A DNA stretch of 64,000 nt from an uncultured Clostridia bacterium (lineage in GTDB: Bacteria > Bacillota > Clostridia > Oscillospirales > CAG-382): NCBI GenBank assembly GCA_944375955.1, contig CALWBE010000057.1, forward strand, positions 5,346 to 69,345, written 5' to 3'. The notes below the pieces were generated by a model that saw only the letters and a list, made by a program, of their open reading frames with translations, was not told where the DNA came from and did not search any database. Position 1 is the stretch's first letter, and each line of letters begins with the position of its first letter. Shown in pieces: positions 37,466 through 47,352 of the stretch. A program made the translations under genes and the position numbers.

Positions 37466-38836
37466 ATGGACCCATGGCGATGTATTTGGATTTTTATATT
37501 GGCAGTTATATGCGCTGTTGTTGAGACGAGCATAAAAGCAGTTATGTCTCAGAATCAGGCGAGCATAAAACGGTTGTTTCCTGAGGAAAATGAAAAATCT
37601 CAGAAATTGCTTGAAGCAATAAATAATGACGATAAGCTTATTCCTCCTGCAGAAGCCGCAGTTATTTTTATGATATCGGCAGTCAGCGTACTTTCAGTTG
37701 CAGAGTTTGGCAAAGTATTTTGCAGTCTTAGTTTATTTATGCGTATGGGAGCACGTTTGGCAGCAGCGGTGTCATCAGCACTTGTTTTTGTTATAACTTT
37801 TATAATACTGCTTGTACTTGTAAAGAATTTTCCAAAAAAAATAGCGAAGAAATATGGCGATACTCTCTGTGTTTCCGTGCTGCCGGTTTTCAATGCGGTT
37901 TCCGTGTTATTTACTCCTGTTTATAGTTTTATAGATTTTGCCGGAGGAGTATTTGCACGCATAGCAGGGGTTGTTCCAGAGGATATATCCGAAGACGTTA
38001 CAAAAGATGATATACGTCAGATGATAGATGAAGGCAGAGAGAGCGGAAATATCGAAGAAAGTGAAACAGACATGATTCACAGTATTTTCGAGTTTGACGA
38101 CCGAATGGTGAGTGAGATACTTACACATAGGACAGATATTACTGCAGTTGAGATTTCCGCATCTCTTGAAGATGTAATAAATATTGTTTCAGAAAACGGT
38201 TTTTCAAGGATACCTGTATATAAAGAATCGCTGGATGATGTTGTAGGTATTCTGTATGTAAAGGATCTTTTAAAACTTATCGGTGAGAAAGCTCTGCAGA
38301 ATGATTTCCGTTTATCTAATTATATGAGACAGGCTTTGTATGTTCCTGAAACTAACAGTCTAAAGGAGCTGTTTGAAAAGTTTAAGACTGCGCGAGTTCA
38401 AATGGCTATAGTTATTGATGAATACGGTGGAACTTTGGGAATTGTCACAATGGAGGACCTGATAGAATCAATAATGGGTTCAATATTCGACGAATATGAT
38501 GACGAAGAGGAAGATAATGACGAGCCGCATATAGTAGCGGTATCTGAAAACGAATACATAGCAGACGGACTGGCGTTAATAAAAGATGTTGAAGAATTTA
38601 TAGGAGTATCAATAAATAATCCGGAGAACTGTGAAACTGTCGGAGGTCTTGCGGTAAGCCTTATAGGAGTTATACCTGAAAACGGGGAACATCCGGAAGT
38701 TACGAACGGGAATATAACAATGAGAGTTATTTCTGTTGCGGAGCACCGAGCCGAAAAGCTGTATTTGTGTGTCAACAAAGATAATGAATTAGACGAGTCC
38801 GGGGAGACTGATATAAAAGAGGAACATGATAGCTGA
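37466..38836 (+). CDS. Hemolysin-family / CNNM (DUF21-CBS pair-CorC_HlyC) transporter
   Basis: N-terminal TM DUF21 region, 'HSIFEFDDRMVSEILTHRTDI', CBS pair 'FSRIPVY...VVGILYVKDLL', 'GGTLGIVTMEDLIESI'. Confidence 0.88.
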   Translation: MDPWRCIWIFILAVICAVVETSIKAVMSQNQASIKRLFPEENEKSQKLLEAINNDDKLIPPAEAAVIFMISAVSVLSVAEFGKVFCSLSLFMRMGARLAAAVSSALVFVITFIILLVLVKNFPKKIAKKYGDTLCVSVLPVFNAVSVLFTPVYSFIDFAGGVFARIAGVVPEDISEDVTKDDIRQMIDEGRESGNIEESETDMIHSIFEFDDRMVSEILTHRTDITAVEISASLEDVINIVSENGFSRIPVYKESLDDVVGILYVKDLLKLIGEKALQNDFRLSNYMRQALYVPETNSLKELFEKFKTARVQMAIVIDEYGGTLGIVTMEDLIESIMGSIFDEYDDEEEDNDEPHIVAVSENEYIADGLALIKDVEEFIGVSINNPENCETVGGLAVSLIGVIPENGEHPEVTNGNITMRVISVAEHRAEKLYLCVNKDNELDESGETDIKEEHDS

Positions 38837-39026
38837 ACTTTTGATTTATGCATTATAACAGCAAAACTGCAGCTCATATATACAAATTCTACAAAAATCA
38901 TTTGCGCTCTTGACATGAAGAAGCAAATAATGTAAAATAATAGTTAGGGTAAAAATTGTAAAATATGAAAGTAGAAATCTTCTATTTATCAGGTTTATAC
39001 ACTTATTTCACGGAGGATATTCAGAT

Positions 39027-41177
39027 ATGAAAATTAAGAGAATTTTAGGCATTTTTATTGCTCTTGCCATGACTATGCCGATTTTTTTGACCGGATGTCA
39101 GAACGAAGCTGATGACCTTGAGTCAAACACAAGTATTCGTCAGAATATAGTTTTGAACATGTATATTCTTACCGAAGAAGAAACAGATCCGGAACAGGCT
39201 ACGGCAGTTGAGCTTGCAATAAACGAGATACTGCTTCCTGATTACAGAACAGTATTAAAAATAAATTACATAAGTGATGAAGATGAATACTGGGCAGCTA
39301 TTGACGCAGCGGAAGCTGAAGCGATAGAATACCAGGAACGTCTTGAAGCCGAAGCAGAAGCTGCAAAAGAAGCCGCAAAAGAGGCTAATAAAAACGGCGG
39401 TGTTGGAGCTAGTGCAGATGAGGAAGAAGAGCCGGATCAGGAAGAACTCGAAAAAGAAAATGAGAGCGAGTATGACCGCCTTGTAAATATGGTTTACGGA
39501 AAAGCTGGTGATCCCGAAAACGGTATAGAGGCTATTGAACCTGAAATTATTCTTGATAATCCGCAGCTTGACATTTTTGTAGTAAATGACGCAAAGAAGT
39601 ATTCTGAACTTGTAAGTGCCGGAAGGCTTGCGCCTCTTGATTCATATCTTACCTCAGAATCTAAAGTATTGAATTCATATGTTTATCCTACCTTTCTCAC
39701 AGGTGCTAAGCTTGGAGGAAGCGTGACATACGGTATTCCTGTTAATAAGGCAATAGGAGAATATGAATATCTTGTGTTTGACAAAGAACTTCTTGATAAG
39801 TACAATGTAAGTTCTGAAGATATGAAGACCTTTGAATCGTTGAACGATTATCTTGCCCTTATTGCTGCAAACGAGCCGGGAGTTGTTCCGCTTGCTCTCA
39901 GTGAGGGAGCTGATCCTCAGTTTTTCGAATATTATGATGTAGAGGGCGGAGCAATTGGTCTTCCCAGCAATCAGATATTTAGATCGGCGTTTGGCTCTTA
40001 TGCTGACACGGTAGTAAAAGAACACTTTATTACGGTCCGCAATTACAGAGCAGCCGGATATATTCCGGATGTTTATACAGAAGGCACAAGATTTGCTGTA
40101 GATATTCGCAAGGGATATGCTTATTCCCCCGAAGAGTGGATGGCTGAGGACGGAAGAGAGTATGAGTATCAGGTATACAAAAAGCCTATTGCTACAAATA
40201 ATAATACTTTGAATTCTATATTTGTTGTAAGTTCTGCATCAAGAAATCCTCAGCGTGCAGCAGAGATTATCACAGTTTTTAATACAGTGCCTGAATTGGC
40301 AAATATGCTTCAATATGGTATTGAAGGTACAAATTATTACAGCGTAACAGATACTGACGGAGAGAAAAAAGTAAAACTTCCTGAGAATAATGCCGGAGCT
40401 GGTTATTATATGAATAATGACTATACCGGAAACCATTATATAAAAATGGTTCTTGAAGGTGAAACTAATCATACTGATGATTCAAAGAAACAAAATTCTG
40501 ATTCTATAATAAGCCTTTATTATGGATTTGAACCTTCACTTTATATAGAAGATGAATTGCTTCTTGAAAAGGCAAATCAAATAGCTCTTTCATATTATCC
40601 GGGATTGTGCAGAGGCGATTATGATGTTGAAACCGTATATGCGGATATTAACAATCGATTGTCGGCACTTTCTGTTACAGAAGCTGAAATAGATGCTTGG
40701 GTAGCTGAAAGTCCTGCAAATGAAAAGAGATATGAAGATGAGCTTGCAGCTAAGGCGGAAGAATCCGAAAATGCAGACGGAGCAGTAGTCGAAGAGGCGG
40801 TTGAAGAAGCTGATACTGACGAAGAACCGGTGGATGAGGAAATAACCGAAGAGAACGCCGAAAATGAAGATACAGAAGCGGCTGCTGACGAGGAGACCGG
40901 CGATACGGAAGCTGAGCAAGAAGCGGAACCTGAGGAAGAATTTGTAGCTCCCGAAAGAGAAGGTGCAGGTGAAGATTCCGGAGACACAGCTACTTCTCCG
41001 TTTGATCAGCTTTTGGCGAAAATAAACGATCAGTTCGACTCATATTATGAGAGCGCAAGCGATGCTCATCATTCTCTCTGGTCTGTTTCATCTAATAATT
41101 TTAACAAAAATAACGGCAATAACGTTTCCGAGACAAAAGTTATAAGTGATCTTAAGAAGCTTGTCGAAGAAGATTAA
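39027..41177 (+). CDS. Lipoprotein, ABC-type solute-binding-protein-like, with acidic low-complexity inserts
   Basis: Lipobox 'IFLTGC'. 'DIFVVNDAKKYSELVSAGRLAPLDSYL' is SBP-like. E/A/D-rich tracts near aa 90-150 and 560-640. No permease or ATPase genes adjacent. Confidence 0.55.
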   Translation: MKIKRILGIFIALAMTMPIFLTGCQNEADDLESNTSIRQNIVLNMYILTEEETDPEQATAVELAINEILLPDYRTVLKINYISDEDEYWAAIDAAEAEAIEYQERLEAEAEAAKEAAKEANKNGGVGASADEEEEPDQEELEKENESEYDRLVNMVYGKAGDPENGIEAIEPEIILDNPQLDIFVVNDAKKYSELVSAGRLAPLDSYLTSESKVLNSYVYPTFLTGAKLGGSVTYGIPVNKAIGEYEYLVFDKELLDKYNVSSEDMKTFESLNDYLALIAANEPGVVPLALSEGADPQFFEYYDVEGGAIGLPSNQIFRSAFGSYADTVVKEHFITVRNYRAAGYIPDVYTEGTRFAVDIRKGYAYSPEEWMAEDGREYEYQVYKKPIATNNNTLNSIFVVSSASRNPQRAAEIITVFNTVPELANMLQYGIEGTNYYSVTDTDGEKKVKLPENNAGAGYYMNNDYTGNHYIKMVLEGETNHTDDSKKQNSDSIISLYYGFEPSLYIEDELLLEKANQIALSYYPGLCRGDYDVETVYADINNRLSALSVTEAEIDAWVAESPANEKRYEDELAAKAEESENADGAVVEEAVEEADTDEEPVDEEITEENAENEDTEAAADEETGDTEAEQEAEPEEEFVAPEREGAGEDSGDTATSPFDQLLAKINDQFDSYYESASDAHHSLWSVSSNNFNKNNGNNVSETKVISDLKKLVEED

Positions 41178-41202
41178 ATTTATAATCTGAATAATCAATT
41201 AG

Positions 41203-41259
41203 CCCCCATACTGTAATTTTTAATTGTTGTAATTATAATTAAGTATGGGGTGCTTTTTT
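41203..41259 (+). terminator. Probable terminator of the lipoprotein gene
   Basis: CCCCATACT...(29-nt AT loop)...AGTATGGGG-TGCTTTTTT. Confidence 0.55.
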
Positions 41260-41358
41260 GCTTTTACAATAGTAAGGTTTTGTTGTTTTTATTTATCATT
41301 TTTCCGGCGGATAAAGTTCAGCTTTTTGACCATATCACTCAGAAACAAAGGCGGTTAA

Positions 41359-41578
41359 AAAGGGCGTATAAGTAAAAAATAAAATGAAGTGGTAACGTAA
41401 CTATATATAGGGATCCTTTTCCGGTTTTCAAACTGCCGAAATTTCTTCTTTCCGTCCTCAATCTCGGCGGAGGGGCCTCGCTGATTTTCTCTCTTGGTTT
41501 TGTCATAGGTGGCTGCTCCGTTCTTCCTGTTGGCGTAGAAAAAGAGCGGCTAATTCGGTTTTGAAATAGTCGCCCTTT
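41359..41578. ncRNA. Candidate structured non-coding RNA (identity and strand unknown)
   Basis: GC-rich patch (one 60-nt line is about 57% GC) inside an AT-rich gap between convergent genes. Nested complementary segments: 41359-41366/41571-41578 and 41425-41443/41552-41566. The only ORF here has a TTG start, no RBS and a P/R/T-rich composition. Confidence 0.3.
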
Positions 41579-41625
41579 AGTCAAGACAGTATTCAATTTT
41601 ATCGTGTTCAATTAGAGAGAGCAGC

Positions 41626-42375
41626 TTAGTCTGTTATTAAATCAGGAAAATGTGAAATTTTGTTTTTATCATTATTAAATACATACATATCTCCGTGTAT
41701 TTCACAATATGTGTTAATTCCCTCTTTAGTATCCCAATTCTGATCTCGATAGTCGCCTTGTCCAGAACCAACATAGTAACAACGGGCTCCGCTATCAGCC
41801 AACGCAATAATTTGGGAGGCAGATAGCGTAAAGTAGTATTTGTCTGTCAAAATACCCTCGCCGACATCAACAGCCATAGCATCCATAATATCAATATAAT
41901 TTGTTTGATTGTTTTTTACGTTAACACTATCAACTAATTGCTTTAATGTAACCTCATCCGGAAGCTGAATTATAACCGAAAATCTGCAATCAACATCTTC
42001 AGCTATGCTAATTTTGATTGCGAGAACAGAACCTATATTGTTGTGGAAACCTTCAGGACGATGCATATCGGCCGCAAATTCTCCTGTAAAATTTTGGGAT
42101 ATGTCATGTACATACATCACATCCAAAACGTCATCTTCACCAACTGACGGTATGCCAACATTACCAATAATAGGCGTCTTTACATCGACAGGGGTGACGA
42201 CTTCATTCTGCAAAAACAGAGTTACTGTCACCACGACCATAAGGCACAGGCAAGCGGCGATAGCTCCCCACTTAACCCAAACGGGTCTTTTTGCTTTCTT
42301 TTTATAGTTGAGAGCTTCGTCAATGTATTTTTTGTCAAGCTCACTCATAGCGTCGGAAAACTTTTTCACGTTCAT
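41626..42375 (-). CDS. Putative anti-sigma factor / single-pass membrane protein
   Basis: Overlaps the upstream sigma gene by 4 nt. Cytoplasmic N-terminus, one TM helix ('WGAIAACLCLMVVVTVTLFL'), extracytoplasmic C-terminal domain. Confidence 0.55.
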   Translation of the reverse strand: MNVKKFSDAMSELDKKYIDEALNYKKKAKRPVWVKWGAIAACLCLMVVVTVTLFLQNEVVTPVDVKTPIIGNVGIPSVGEDDVLDVMYVHDISQNFTGEFAADMHRPEGFHNNIGSVLAIKISIAEDVDCRFSVIIQLPDEVTLKQLVDSVNVKNNQTNYIDIMDAMAVDVGEGILTDKYYFTLSASQIIALADSGARCYYVGSGQGDYRDQNWDTKEGINTYCEIHGDMYVFNNDKNKISHFPDLITD

Positions 42376-42932
42376 ACGAACACCTCTCTTTCAATCAAAT
42401 ATTGTTTCATTTTCTCGCGGATACGGGTCAGCCGAACAGAAATGTTTTTCTCAGAAAGCCCTACAAACTCGGCTATATCCTTGCAGCTGTCGGCAAACCA
42501 ATAGCGGCGCATGAAGATAACACGGTTTTCGAGTGTCAGCGTGTCCAAAAATTCCTCGATGATACGTGCTAACTCTCTGTCTTCGATTTCATCTTCCACG
42601 GTTTTATTATCTGCAATACAATTTTCAATTTCCTGCAACGCAATTGTATAGTGTCCGCTTCGTTTGGCTGCTTTTTTTCTCCAGTAAACTTTGAGAGAAA
42701 CATTTCGAACAATTTTTATAATGTAACTGAGCAGAGGGTTTGGTCTTGCCGGTGGAATAGCGTTCCATGCTCCTAAGTAAGCATCATTTACACATTCCTC
42801 TGCGTCTTGTCTGCTGTTTAAAATGTTATACGAAAAGTTGTGACAGATTTTTCCGTATTTAATGTCCAGCTCCCGTATGCCCTGCTCTGACCGTTCAAAG
42901 AACATTTCTATGATTTTTTCATCGTCTATCAT
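42372..42932 (-). CDS. RNA polymerase sigma-70 family (ECF-type) sigma factor
   Basis: Region 2 'DAEECVNDAYLGAW', region 4 HTH 'DIAEFVGLSEKNISVRLTRIREKM'. Confidence 0.85.
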   Translation of the reverse strand: MIDDEKIIEMFFERSEQGIRELDIKYGKICHNFSYNILNSRQDAEECVNDAYLGAWNAIPPARPNPLLSYIIKIVRNVSLKVYWRKKAAKRSGHYTIALQEIENCIADNKTVEDEIEDRELARIIEEFLDTLTLENRVIFMRRYWFADSCKDIAEFVGLSEKNISVRLTRIREKMKQYLIEREVFV

Positions 42933-43021
42933 CTCACCGCCTCCTTTCCGGCTTCACTTATATACTACGGTTTTAGTGTCAAATACTACATCTATACCGA
43001 AAATTTTTATACAAATTATGC

Positions 43022-43058
43022 AAAAAGGGACGTTAACAATAAATAACGTCCCTTTTTT
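43022..43058 (-). terminator. Terminator after the DUF212 gene
   Basis: AAAAAGGGACGTTA-acaataaa-TAACGTCCCTTTTTT. Confidence 0.75.
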
Positions 43059-43080
43059 GCCGATTTTATTATATATGTTG

Positions 43081-43536
43081 TTAAAAAGGCTGTATAATAA
43101 GCGGAATAATAATTCCGATAACAGCACCAATAAGCACTTCAAAAGGCTTGTGCCCTATATATTCCTTAAGATCATCTGCAAGATAGCGGGTTGTTTTGGT
43201 TTCAAACAAATCCCGTGCAATTTTATTCAGAACTTTTGCATTTTCTCCGGTCGCTCTGCGAACTCCTAAAGCGTCAATAATAACAACCATTGAAAATATA
43301 ACCGAAATTGAGAATAAAGGGTCGTCAGTGCCATATATTCTTGCCAAAGATACAGTAAGGGCACATACTGTTGAGGTATGTGAACTCGGCATACCTCCGT
43401 TTTCAAAAAATTTGCGGAAATCGATTTTTTTGAAAAATATAAAAGTCAAGATAAATTTAGCTAACTGCGCGGTAAAAAATCCTATGAACGAACAAATTAA
43501 ATGATAGTTTTGAAACAGTCCCAGTATTTCTGTCAT
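43081..43536 (-). CDS. Divergent PAP2 family membrane protein (DUF212/YuiD-like)
   Basis: 'GGMPSSHTSTVCAL', 'VVIIDALGVRRATG'. Confidence 0.8.
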   Translation of the reverse strand: MTEILGLFQNYHLICSFIGFFTAQLAKFILTFIFFKKIDFRKFFENGGMPSSHTSTVCALTVSLARIYGTDDPLFSISVIFSMVVIIDALGVRRATGENAKVLNKIARDLFETKTTRYLADDLKEYIGHKPFEVLIGAVIGIIIPLIIQPF

Positions 43537-43551
43537 TTTAGCAATCCTTTT

Positions 43552-44457
43552 TTAATTATCACGAGTTATAATATAGTCGGCAAGAGCGCATAAAAATCCA
43601 CTGCCGTCATATTTTGAAATTGATTTTTTAGCTTTGTCGGTCAGTTCTTGCGCGAATGATTTGGCTTTATCAATGCCTAATAAAGAAACAGAGGTGTTTT
43701 TCCCGTCTTTCTGATCGCTGCCGCATTTTTTTCCGAGTTTTTTTTCGTCGCCGACAACATCTAAAATATCGTCGGCAATTTGAAAGGCAAGGCCTATATT
43801 TTCCGAGTATTCACAAGCTGAAATGTATTCATCGGATCTGAAATTTTTCCCGGCTGCTATACATCCAAGTAGACAGGCACATTTTATTAAAGCTCCGGTT
43901 TTTTTGGAATGAAGTATTTTAAGAGTATCAAATGTTATTATTTTGTTTTCGTTTTCAAGGTCTATCTGTTGACCCGCGCACATTCCGCAAGGACCTGTGA
44001 AGTGTGCGAGTAATCTATGAGCCGAAAGATTCTGAGCATCTGAAAGAATTGGAGAGTCAAGCGTTTCAAATGCATAAGCTAAAAGAGAATCTCCTGCCAA
44101 AAGGGCAGTAGCCTCGCCGAACAGAACATGATTTGAAGGCTTCCCGCGACGCATATCGTCGTCATCCATACAAGGCATATCGTCATGTATAAGAGAAAAT
44201 GTATGTATCATTTCTATTGAGCAGGCATAATCTATTGCAGATTCCAGGCTGCCTCCAAAAAGTTTCGAAAACTCAATTACAAGACAAGGTCTGATACGCT
44301 TACCACCGGCTTCAAGGCTGTATCTCATTGATTTCTCAAGCGAGGAAAAAACAGGATACGCAGTATCTATTTTTATCAAATCAAGTTTTTCGGACAGCTT
44401 TTTTTCGACTATAGCAGAGTTTTCGCCTATAACTGATTTTAATTCATTTATTGTCAT
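43552..44457 (-). CDS. ispA: Polyprenyl (farnesyl/geranylgeranyl) diphosphate synthase
   Basis: First and second Asp-rich motifs 'LIHDDMPCMDDDDMRRG' and 'FQIADDILD'. Start set at MTINELK, overlapping the xseB end. Confidence 0.9.
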   Translation of the reverse strand: MTINELKSVIGENSAIVEKKLSEKLDLIKIDTAYPVFSSLEKSMRYSLEAGGKRIRPCLVIEFSKLFGGSLESAIDYACSIEMIHTFSLIHDDMPCMDDDDMRRGKPSNHVLFGEATALLAGDSLLAYAFETLDSPILSDAQNLSAHRLLAHFTGPCGMCAGQQIDLENENKIITFDTLKILHSKKTGALIKCACLLGCIAAGKNFRSDEYISACEYSENIGLAFQIADDILDVVGDEKKLGKKCGSDQKDGKNTSVSLLGIDKAKSFAQELTDKAKKSISKYDGSGFLCALADYIITRDN

Positions 44458-44674
44458 TATAATTATCCTCATCATTTTTTGTAGGATCAAGAGTTCGAAT
44501 CTTTATTTCTGCGTCGTTTATAATTTTATTTGCCGATTTTATAAGACCAATGCCTTCTTCATAAAGCGACAAGGCTTCATCCAATGGCAAATCGCTGTCA
44601 AGCTTTACTGATATTTCATCAAGCCTTTCAAGTATCTTTTCAAGCGGCATGTCAGTTTTCTTTTTTGCGGGCAT
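44444..44674 (-). CDS. xseB: Exodeoxyribonuclease VII small subunit
   Basis: 'LEKILERLDEISVKLDSDLPLDEALSLYEEGIGLIK'. Sits downstream of xseA. Confidence 0.9.
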   Translation of the reverse strand: MPAKKKTDMPLEKILERLDEISVKLDSDLPLDEALSLYEEGIGLIKSANKIINDAEIKIRTLDPTKNDEDNYNDNK

Positions 44675-45893
44675 CTGTTTTGCCTCCTTTTATTATCTTG
44701 GTTACAGTTGCTTCTGCTCGTCCTTTATGGAAAAGGATTTCAACAGGATCTCCGGCGGACAGTTTGCCTGCATCAGATATTACTTTACCGTCTTCGGCAG
44801 TCACGACAGAATAACCCCTTGACATGACTGCAAGAGGACTTAAAGCTGACAAGGCAGCAGCTTTTTCGGAGACAAGGCTTTTTTTCGCCTGTAAAATTTT
44901 TATGCCTGACGAGTAGATCATATTAGCGAACTCATCTGTTTTTTCGTGAAATCTTTTTGTATAGTTAATTGGATTTTCAAATATTTTATTTTTTGAGACA
45001 AGCGCAAGTTCTGTTCTGCAAGCAGTAATTTTTCCTATTATGTGTGTATGTAAAGATGAAAAAGACTGATTTAGCCTATATTTTATATCATTGATTTCAG
45101 GTACCGCAAGCTCTGCTGCGGCCGAGGGAGTAGGCGCTCTGAGATCCGCAACAAAGTCACATATTGTAAAGTCCGTTTCATGGCCGACAGCGGAAATTAC
45201 GGGAATTTTTGATTTGTAAATTTCATGCGCGAGCATTTCACTGTTGAATGCCCAGAGATCTTCAATGGATCCGCCTCCGCGGCCTATTATTATTGTGTCG
45301 ACCGGCAGTTTTTCATTAAAAAATCTTATTCCGGCTGCAAGTTCTTCGGGAGCTCCGTTTCCCTGAACAAGAGAAGGATAAATTATAATTTCCGCAGGCG
45401 GATATCTCCTGGAAATAATATTTTTCATATCGGCGACCGCAGCGCCAGTATTTGCAGTAATTATGCCTATTTTTTCGGGATACCGGGGTATTGGAATTTT
45501 ATGGTCTTCATCAAAAAGTCCGGATAAAAAAAGACGTTCTTTTAGCTGCTCATATGCAAGATATAAAACACCTACACCGTCAGGCTGTATTTCCTCAGCG
45601 TACATTTGATATACACCGTCTCTGGGAAATACCGATATTCTACCTCTTACGATTACTTTCATTCCGTTTTCAGGAATAAATTTAAGCTTAACTGCAGACG
45701 ACCGAAACATAACGGCTTTAAGAAGAGCTGATTCATCTTTCAAAGAAAAATAAAGGTGACCGGTTTTATAATGATTTGTAAAATTGGATATTTCACCTTT
45801 TATATAAATATTCCCCAAAAGTTCTGATGAATCAAGAAGCGCCTTTATATATTCATTAAGCTGAGATACTGTAAGCGTTATGGCACTTTGCAT
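44652..45893 (-). CDS. xseA: Exodeoxyribonuclease VII large subunit
   Basis: 'LTVSQLNEYIKALL', 'GEISNF...SGHLYFSLKD', 'IGIITANTGAAVADM', 'IIIGRGGGSIEDLWAFN'. Confidence 0.93.
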   Translation of the reverse strand: MQSAITLTVSQLNEYIKALLDSSELLGNIYIKGEISNFTNHYKTGHLYFSLKDESALLKAVMFRSSAVKLKFIPENGMKVIVRGRISVFPRDGVYQMYAEEIQPDGVGVLYLAYEQLKERLFLSGLFDEDHKIPIPRYPEKIGIITANTGAAVADMKNIISRRYPPAEIIIYPSLVQGNGAPEELAAGIRFFNEKLPVDTIIIGRGGGSIEDLWAFNSEMLAHEIYKSKIPVISAVGHETDFTICDFVADLRAPTPSAAAELAVPEINDIKYRLNQSFSSLHTHIIGKITACRTELALVSKNKIFENPINYTKRFHEKTDEFANMIYSSGIKILQAKKSLVSEKAAALSALSPLAVMSRGYSVVTAEDGKVISDAGKLSAGDPVEILFHKGRAEATVTKIIKGGKTDARKKEN

Positions 45894-46879
45894 TATGAAT
45901 TCTCCATTTGAAATTTTGTAAAAGCAAGCAGAGCGGTTCCGCAGGCATTATCAGAAGAAAGTTCCTTAGAAGCGAAAAAGACGTTTCCAAGTTTTGATAG
46001 ATTGTTTCTTATACGCGTATTAGACATTACACCGCCTGCAAAAAGCACAGGTATATCGGGATAAATGTTTTTCAAATTTTCAGTAAGAGCACACAGGACG
46101 CTGCTTATATACTCAAATAAAAATGCTGCCGTGTCTTCACGTGATATTTTTTCAGCTATCATCTTTTTTGTTTTGTTTTCAAGTCCTGACAGCGAACATT
46201 CAAGTCCTTTTACGCTTACTTTTATTTTTCCGAATTTGGCAGATGATTTTTGTGACATGGCGTCAAGTTCTTTACCGCAGGGAAAACGAAGCCCCATAAG
46301 AACGCCTGTACGATCGATAGCTTGTCCGGCATTTAAATCGGAAGTTCCGCCTATCTTTTCACATTGTACTATTCCTTCGGAATCATACTTGCACATCACA
46401 ATGTCTGTAGTTCCTCCGGAAACATGAAAAGATATGAATTTTTCTAATCTGTCAGTTTTCATCTCACTGCTAAAGACAGCCGCGGCAATATGTCCCTGCT
46501 GATGTGAGAACTCATACATCGGTATTTTTAAAGCACCTGAGACTGCTGATGCAAAATTTATACCTGCGAGGAAACAAGGCATGTATGACCCCTGAATGCT
46601 ACGCGGTCGGCTTGATACGCCTACTGCAGAAAGAAGTTCGGACGAGTATCCGGAATATGAAAAAAGCTCTTTGCACAATTCCGGAAGAGCTTTTATGTGA
46701 TGAAAAAGAGCGTCGCTTTGACGAAGCCCTCTTTCATTTTCAGCCACAGGCAGAAGCTTTCTTGCGTTTTTTACAATGTTGCCGTCACAGACAAGAGACA
46801 GGCTGGTAGTATAATTGCTTGTATCTACTCCGAGTGTAAAGATTCCTCGATTATTTGACTGCATATTATAAGAATTCAT
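45893..46879 (-). CDS. Kae1/TsaD-like glycoprotease (M22/ASKHA) family protein
   Basis: 'LGVDTSNYTTSLSLV', 'HQQGHIAAA' (HxxxH), 'GGVMSN'. Coupled to nusB (ATGA) and xseA (TAATG). Confidence 0.7.
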   Translation of the reverse strand: MNSYNMQSNNRGIFTLGVDTSNYTTSLSLVCDGNIVKNARKLLPVAENERGLRQSDALFHHIKALPELCKELFSYSGYSSELLSAVGVSSRPRSIQGSYMPCFLAGINFASAVSGALKIPMYEFSHQQGHIAAAVFSSEMKTDRLEKFISFHVSGGTTDIVMCKYDSEGIVQCEKIGGTSDLNAGQAIDRTGVLMGLRFPCGKELDAMSQKSSAKFGKIKVSVKGLECSLSGLENKTKKMIAEKISREDTAAFLFEYISSVLCALTENLKNIYPDIPVLFAGGVMSNTRIRNNLSKLGNVFFASKELSSDNACGTALLAFTKFQMENS

Positions 46880-47352
46880 TCTGTTTCACAGTATTTATCT
46901 TCGTTGTTTTCACGCGGTTCAATAACATCTTTGTATACTGCGCCAAGTACGCCGTTGACAAAAGTATAGCTTTCATCAGTATCATATTTTTTTGCCATTT
47001 CTACAGCCTCATTTATAGATACTTCATGAGGAATATCTTCCATATAAAGAAGTTCGAATACGGCAATTCTCAGGATAGACGCAGATACTCTTGAAATACG
47101 CTTCAGTTTCCATTTAAGAGAACAATTTTTTATTATTTTGTCAAGCTCGTCTACTTTTTCAGCGACTCCGAAATATACTTTAGAAATGTATTTATTGTTT
47201 TTTATATCTTCTGTTATTTGATTTTCCTCATTATCGGGAAAATACTTTATATATAAGTCAAGCAGTTCTTCAGGTTTTTCTTCGCTGTTAAAGCCGAAAT
47301 CAAAAACAAGACACAGTGTTATCTCTCGAGCTTGCCTTCTTGAAATTCTCAT
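46876..47352 (-). CDS. nusB: Transcription antitermination factor NusB
   Basis: 'RRQAREITLCLVFDF', 'RISRVSASILRIAVFELLY', 'INEAVEMAKKY', 'FVNGVLG'. GGAG RBS supports ATG 47352. Confidence 0.92.
   Translation of the reverse strand: MRISRRQAREITLCLVFDFGFNSEEKPEELLDLYIKYFPDNEENQITEDIKNNKYISKVYFGVAEKVDELDKIIKNCSLKWKLKRISRVSASILRIAVFELLYMEDIPHEVSINEAVEMAKKYDTDESYTFVNGVLGAVYKDVIEPRENNEDKYCETE

Noticed and set aside
40590-40987. 109-aa and 122-aa minus-strand ORFs (S/A-rich)
   Set aside because: They mirror the GAA/GCT-rich acidic tract of the lipoprotein gene and are not independent genes.
41480-41530. Possible SRP (4.5S/scRNA) helix-8 motif: the minus strand reads GGAGCAGCCACCUAUGAC, reminiscent of GGAAGCAGCCAAGGCAGAUGAC
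   Set aside because: The preceding sequence cannot form the GNRA-tetraloop hairpin or the GUCA/UGAC closing pairs required for SRP domain IV. The similarity is judged coincidental.
41339-41611. 90-aa ORF (MNTIKLNTVLTKGRLF...)
   Set aside because: TTG start, no RBS, and a Pro/Arg/Thr-rich composition with no hydrophobic core. The region is treated as a possible ncRNA or gene remnant instead.
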